A stretch of DNA of 64,000 nucleotides, from assembly GCA_039586365.1 (NCBI GenBank), contig JBDHKN010000005.1:32001-96000 (forward strand), given 5' to 3'. Position 1 is the first letter of the stretch, and each line of letters begins with the position of its first letter. The notes beneath the pieces were generated by a model that saw only the letters and a list, made by a program, of their open reading frames with translations, had not been told where the DNA came from and did no database searches. A program made the translations under genes and the position numbers. Shown here piece by piece: positions 59,570 to 64,000 of this stretch. Origin of the DNA: Gemmatimonadota bacterium. Its GTDB lineage: Bacteria > Gemmatimonadota > Gemmatimonadetes > Gemmatimonadales > GWC2-71-9.

Positions 59570-60387
59570 AGTTCCGGAGACACCGACCCCAGTCGTTCGA
59601 GTTGCGGTGGAGAAGTTGGTTCCGCTCGCTGCGGGGGATTGGGCATCTGTGGAACGGTCAGATGGACCGAAGGCGTCGACTCATTGTGGGCGCGTCCGCG
59701 ATTGCAGCAATGTTCCTTTTCGGGTACACAGTTGCGGCCATACTCCTCTTCCCAGCCCCGATTTTCCAGCGCAATCAGGACGTCCCACGAGTCATAGGCC
59801 TCAACTTGGACGACGCGCGGGAGGCCATCGAGCAAGCGCTTCTGGTGGCAAGCGACACGGACGTGGTTTCGCACCCCGAGGCACCATACGGTCAAGTAGT
59901 ATGGCAGGATCCGCCACCCAATGTGGCCGCACCCCGGGGATCGGGGGTAGCTCTATGGGTGAGCCGAGGGCCTCGACCAGTGCCGGTCCCGGATGTCACT
60001 GGATACGAACAGGCTCTCGCGGCGGGCCTAATAGAAGCAGCGGGCCTCCGGGTGGCCAGGATCGACACAAGCGTCGCCCCTCAGGAACGGGGAGTTGTCG
60101 TGAATACCCGTCCCCCAGCCGGCCAGAGTCTCGTTCCCGGAGAAGGTGTGATTCTGTTTGTGAGTGTGGGAGCTCCCACGATAGCTGTCCCCGAACTAGG
60201 CGGCTTCACCCTGGATGAGGCGCGGGAGGCTCTCGAAGAACTCGGATTGGTCCTGGGTTCAACTCGTACCCGCCGCACTCCCGGTGGCGCGCCCGGCTTG
60301 ATTATCGGGCAGGAGCCCGCGGCAGGAACGTTGAGCGCCCCGGGTGCAGCGGTGAATGTTATAGTAATACGAGGAGAACGCCCGTGA
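59566..60387 (+). CDS. PASTA-domain membrane protein (3 PASTA repeats, no kinase domain)
   Basis: Single TM followed by VPRVIG, VPDVTG and VPELGG repeats. Confidence 0.88.
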   Translation: MKFRRHRPQSFELRWRSWFRSLRGIGHLWNGQMDRRRRLIVGASAIAAMFLFGYTVAAILLFPAPIFQRNQDVPRVIGLNLDDAREAIEQALLVASDTDVVSHPEAPYGQVVWQDPPPNVAAPRGSGVALWVSRGPRPVPVPDVTGYEQALAAGLIEAAGLRVARIDTSVAPQERGVVVNTRPPAGQSLVPGEGVILFVSVGAPTIAVPELGGFTLDEAREALEELGLVLGSTRTRRTPGGAPGLIIGQEPAAGTLSAPGAAVNVIVIRGERP

Positions 60388-61052
60388 GTGATGTCCATAT
60401 CGCACCCAGTATTCTAAGCGCCGATCTCGCGAGGCTTGCCGACGAGATAGCCGCCGTAGAGGCAGGGGGAGCAGACTGGATCCACGTGGACGTGATGGAC
60501 GGTCACTTCGTCCCGAATCTCACCGTTGGGTCGGGACTAGTGGCAGCGCTGCGACGCATTACCGAGCTGCCAATCGACGTCCATCTCATGGTCGAGCGAC
60601 CAGAATGGTACATCGCACCATTCGCCGATGCCGGAGCCTCAGTCTTCACGCTACATCCTGAAACCACGGCCCACGTACAGCGGCACCTGGATCAGGTCAA
60701 AGCTTGCGGAATGTTGGCAGGTTTGGCGTTGAATCCTGGTACTCCGTTGGACTATGCACTTGAAGTGATTGCAGACTTAGACCTAATCTTGATCATGACG
60801 GTCAATCCGGGATTCCCTGCTCAGAAGTACATCCCATCCGCCACGAACAAGATTTTCCGGGCTCGCCAACTGTTGGACAGCCACGGTAGTCACGCGCGCC
60901 TCGAAGTCGACGGGGGGATCTCGCGGCACACAATCGGAGAAGCCCGCCGGGCCGGAGCCAATACGTTCGTCGTTGGCTCCGCGATATTTGACTCAGACAA
61001 CCCGACCGGCGAAGTGCAAGAGCTTCGCAGTCGGTGCTTTCAAGTGGTGTAA
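60384..61052 (+). CDS. rpe: Ribulose-phosphate 3-epimerase
   Basis: IAPSILSAD, HVDVMDGHFVPN, DVHLM, EVDGG. Confidence 0.97.
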   Translation: MSDVHIAPSILSADLARLADEIAAVEAGGADWIHVDVMDGHFVPNLTVGSGLVAALRRITELPIDVHLMVERPEWYIAPFADAGASVFTLHPETTAHVQRHLDQVKACGMLAGLALNPGTPLDYALEVIADLDLILIMTVNPGFPAQKYIPSATNKIFRARQLLDSHGSHARLEVDGGISRHTIGEARRAGANTFVVGSAIFDSDNPTGEVQELRSRCFQVV

Positions 61053-61054
61053 TC

Positions 61055-61633
61055 ATGGCAGCAAGGGGTCAATGGATCGCGGTAGGTACCATCGTCACGG
61101 TACTCGCTGCGGCGATCGTGGCAGGCATGGCCTTGTCACCTGACGTGAGGCCAGTGCGGCCGGGTAGCGAAGCACCCGATTTCCAAGCTTTGAATCTGGA
61201 GAATAGCGAGACGGTGAGACTATCTGACCATGAAGGGGAGGTCATCTTGCTGAATCTCTGGGCTACTTGGTGTCCGCCCTGCGAGCGCGAAATGCCGTAC
61301 ATGCAGCACCTGCATGAGACGCTCGGTCCCGCCGGTCTCAAGATCATCGCAGTCAGTCTTGACGCTACTGAGCCCGGCGACGTGCAAGAGTGGGTGCGGG
61401 AACGTAGCCTCACGTTCGACATCTGGCACAACCGTGACGGACACCTCGAGGGCCTCTATCAGACAACTGGATTGCCGGAGAGCTTCGTGATCGATCGCGA
61501 CGGCATAATTGTCAAGAAGGAAATCGGTGCAAGAGAGTGGGACAGCCCGGCTCAAGTAGCGTTCTTTGAGAGGCTTCTTGCGAGAGGCGGTGCCTCTTAC
61601 GAGACAAGTGGACCGAATGCCCGAAATCCATAG
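61055..61633 (+). CDS. TlpA/ResA-like thiol-disulfide oxidoreductase
   Basis: N-terminal TM, NLWATWCPPC..EMP, LPESFVID. Confidence 0.92.
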   Translation: MAARGQWIAVGTIVTVLAAAIVAGMALSPDVRPVRPGSEAPDFQALNLENSETVRLSDHEGEVILLNLWATWCPPCEREMPYMQHLHETLGPAGLKIIAVSLDATEPGDVQEWVRERSLTFDIWHNRDGHLEGLYQTTGLPESFVIDRDGIIVKKEIGAREWDSPAQVAFFERLLARGGASYETSGPNARNP

Positions 61634-62540
61634 GGTACGAGATTGGGTTGTCAAGAACTGGCCCGTCAAACTCACGGCGCTCGTACTGGCCACAGTGCTG
61701 TGGGCGGTGGTGGCCGCACAGGAGACCACTACTCAGCTCGTACCTGTGACACTGGAGGTGCAACCACCGGAAGGACGGGGCTTCACCAGTGAACTGCCGC
61801 AAGTTCAAGCACGGTATGCCGGAACATTGCGGGAGCTGATCAAACTGTACGAATCACCCCCAACGATCCACAAGAACATACCCGACACCATCACAGGAAC
61901 CTCATACATAGTGGAGTTGAGTCCGGACGACCTGGAGACAATCGAAAACGCCAACGTTGTCGCCCAGGAAGTCCAGCCACACGAAATCACCATCACGTTG
62001 GATGACGTTGTACAACGCAGCATCCGGGTGGTTTCGCGCGTGCGCATAGTCCCTGACTCTGCCTATGCCAGGTTCGGTGATATTGCTGTCCTGCCCTCAA
62101 CCATCGTGGCACGGGGACCAGAAGCTCTCGTCAGCGAGATCCGGTCAATCAGCACCATTACGTTAGACACCGGAAACGTGAGATCTCCACTTACACTGAC
62201 AGTGCCACTCGACACCTCTGGTCTCGGCGCGGTCCGAGTCGAACCAGAGAGTGTTCAGGTGACGGCCGAGATCGGGCTTGTCGGCGAGCAGGTCATCATG
62301 GGCGTCGCGGTGTCGCTCCCAGGACCCGAGTGGGAGAGCAGCCCATCCGCAGTGATTGTGACGGTCCGTGGACCGAGTGGACGAGTGATTAACCTAACGC
62401 GTGATAGCGTGCGGGTGGTTGCGCGCCCGAATGAGACAGTGGTCGAGTCTCGTGTGCCGCTGAGGGTCATGCCTCTTCCCGGCATCACGGCTCGGGTCCG
62501 TCCTGACTCAGCGACAGTCAGAAGGCGGGCGGGTGGCTGA
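61617..62540 (+). CDS. CdaR/YbbR-like protein
   Basis: NWPVKLTALVLATVLW N-terminal signature and repeated V.V.GP YbbR domains. Confidence 0.8.
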   Translation: MPEIHRVRDWVVKNWPVKLTALVLATVLWAVVAAQETTTQLVPVTLEVQPPEGRGFTSELPQVQARYAGTLRELIKLYESPPTIHKNIPDTITGTSYIVELSPDDLETIENANVVAQEVQPHEITITLDDVVQRSIRVVSRVRIVPDSAYARFGDIAVLPSTIVARGPEALVSEIRSISTITLDTGNVRSPLTLTVPLDTSGLGAVRVEPESVQVTAEIGLVGEQVIMGVAVSLPGPEWESSPSAVIVTVRGPSGRVINLTRDSVRVVARPNETVVESRVPLRVMPLPGITARVRPDSATVRRRAGG

Positions 62541-63582
62541 CGTGGTATTGGGGATCGAGACCTCTTGCGATGAGACTTCGGCGGCGGTTCTGGTGCGTGA
62601 GGGCGGGCAACCAGAATTGGCCAGCCTCGTGATACTATCGCAGGATGTTCACAGGATCTTTGGCGGAGTCGTGCCAGAGCTGGCCAGCCGTGCACACCTG
62701 ACGGCACTCGACCCGGTTGTGGCCCGAGCTCTCTCGGAGGCGGGACTGCCAATCGAGGCAGTGGATGCTGTCGCAGTCACCGCCGGTCCAGGGCTGGTTG
62801 GCTCGCTGCTCGTGGGTGTCTGCTACGGCAAGGCATTGGCCGCGGTGAGAGGTAGAGACCTCGTTGGGGTCAACCATCTTGAGGGGCATGTGTTTGCAGC
62901 AACTTTGGACGATCCGTACCTGGAACCCCCTTTTGTAGCCCTCCTTGTCTCAGGAGGTCACACGCTGTTGCTGGATGTCTCTGAGTGGGGTCACTATCGG
63001 CTGCTTGGTGAGACACGTGACGATGCGGCTGGAGAGGCCTTTGATAAGGTCGCCAGTATGCTGCAGCTTGGCTATCCCGGAGGTCCTGAGATCGAACGAC
63101 TAGCCCGATACGGCGCAGACCGGTTCAACTTTCCCCGACCGATGTTGACCGCCGGGTTTGATTTCTCGTTCAGCGGATTGAAGACAGCCGTTCTCTACTG
63201 CGTACGCGCGTCACAGAACCTCGCTGGAGAGAAGGCAGATATTGCCGCTTCCTTCCAGGCCGCTGTGTTCGATGTCCTCATTGCCAAAGCGACTGCAGCA
63301 ATCGAACACACAGGGTACACAACTGTAGTGCTTGCAGGTGGCGTAGCGTGCAGCAGGTCCCTAATGACGTGCGCAGCCCAGCGTCTGTCAGGTGTCGCCC
63401 GTGTCGCCGTGGCGCAGCCCCGCCTGAACGCCGACAACGCCGCGATGATTGCCCGGGCTGGATGGTTCCACCTCGAACAGGGACGCAGCACCGATCTCTT
63501 CCTCGATGCGAACGCCCGTATGCCGTGGCCCGGACTCGAACGCCCAACCACATCAAGAACGTCACTGAGGCCCACGCGATGA
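62533..63582 (+). CDS. tsaD: tRNA threonylcarbamoyltransferase TsaD
   Basis: GIETSCDET, GGVVPELASRAH, HLEGH, SGGHT, DDAAGEAFDK, DNAAMIA. Confidence 0.97.
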   Translation: MADVVLGIETSCDETSAAVLVREGGQPELASLVILSQDVHRIFGGVVPELASRAHLTALDPVVARALSEAGLPIEAVDAVAVTAGPGLVGSLLVGVCYGKALAAVRGRDLVGVNHLEGHVFAATLDDPYLEPPFVALLVSGGHTLLLDVSEWGHYRLLGETRDDAAGEAFDKVASMLQLGYPGGPEIERLARYGADRFNFPRPMLTAGFDFSFSGLKTAVLYCVRASQNLAGEKADIAASFQAAVFDVLIAKATAAIEHTGYTTVVLAGGVACSRSLMTCAAQRLSGVARVAVAQPRLNADNAAMIARAGWFHLEQGRSTDLFLDANARMPWPGLERPTTSRTSLRPTR

Positions 63583-64000
63583 CAGTTTACCCGCTGATCA
63601 TCCATGTGGGGCCACTCATGGTCACTGGTTTCGGGATCATGATGATGGTCGCGTTTCTCATGGCCGGTTGGGCCATCCAGCTAAGGCTGCGCGGGATGAG
63701 CCTGAGCATCGCGTACGCCGAACACATCGTAGTGGCTGCAGTCATCGGAGGGATACTCGGTTCCAAGCTGTGGTACGTGATCCTGCACCAGGACTACAGC
63801 CAGTTCTTCTCTCGCGGCGGCCTTGTTTGGTACGGGGGATTCGTGGGAGGGACGGCTGCGGTGCTGCTTAACGGCTGGCGTGAGCGGGTGCCCGCCAGAT
63901 TCACGCTTGAGATCAGTGCAGCTGCCCTGCCACTGGGACATGGACTGGGCCGTGTAGGATGCTTCCTGGTGCAGGACGACTATGGCATCCCCACCTCGCT
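63579..64000 (+). CDS. lgt: Prolipoprotein diacylglyceryl transferase (runs off the window)
   Basis: Manual translation from ATG 63579: MTVYPLIIHVGPLMVTGFG...GGLVWYGGFVGG...GHGLGRVGCFL..DDYG.P. Confidence 0.9.
   Translation, partial: MTVYPLIIHVGPLMVTGFGIMMMVAFLMAGWAIQLRLRGMSLSIAYAEHIVVAAVIGGILGSKLWYVILHQDYSQFFSRGGLVWYGGFVGGTAAVLLNGWRERVPARFTLEISAAALPLGHGLGRVGCFLVQDDYGIPTS

Overview
A 64-kb chromosomal segment of a GC-rich bacterium; gene content and order suggest Gemmatimonadota (inference). Most of it is housekeeping: rho-ruvX-mltG, argH, PBP1A, tyrS and a long yebC-ruvCAB-queA-tgt-yajC-def-fmt-thiE/S/G-rsmB-PASTA-rpe-tlpA-cdaR-tsaD-lgt run. No rRNA, tRNA, CRISPR array or transposase was seen. 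The best candidate for an undescribed system is a five-gene cluster, acpS-ACP-kbl-[MetX-like::Hom-like fusion]-acs (15411-21440, minus strand). It looks like a dedicated acetyl-ACP pathway feeding glycine condensation, and both halves of the fusion have atypical substrate motifs. Other points of interest: (1) two tandem minor-pilin cassettes, one behind a c-di-GMP-I riboswitch whose P1 stem covers the RBS and one behind a sigma54-type promoter; (2) an unassigned ~110-nt structured element with perfect 22-bp arms; (3) a Tat-signal TldD with His->Arg in its metal motif; (4) a KKKAT-repeat histone-like protein; (5) a PorX-like REC-PglZ protein; (6) an NYN-LOTUS protein with a long disordered tail. 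All family calls are from motif recognition by eye, not database searches.
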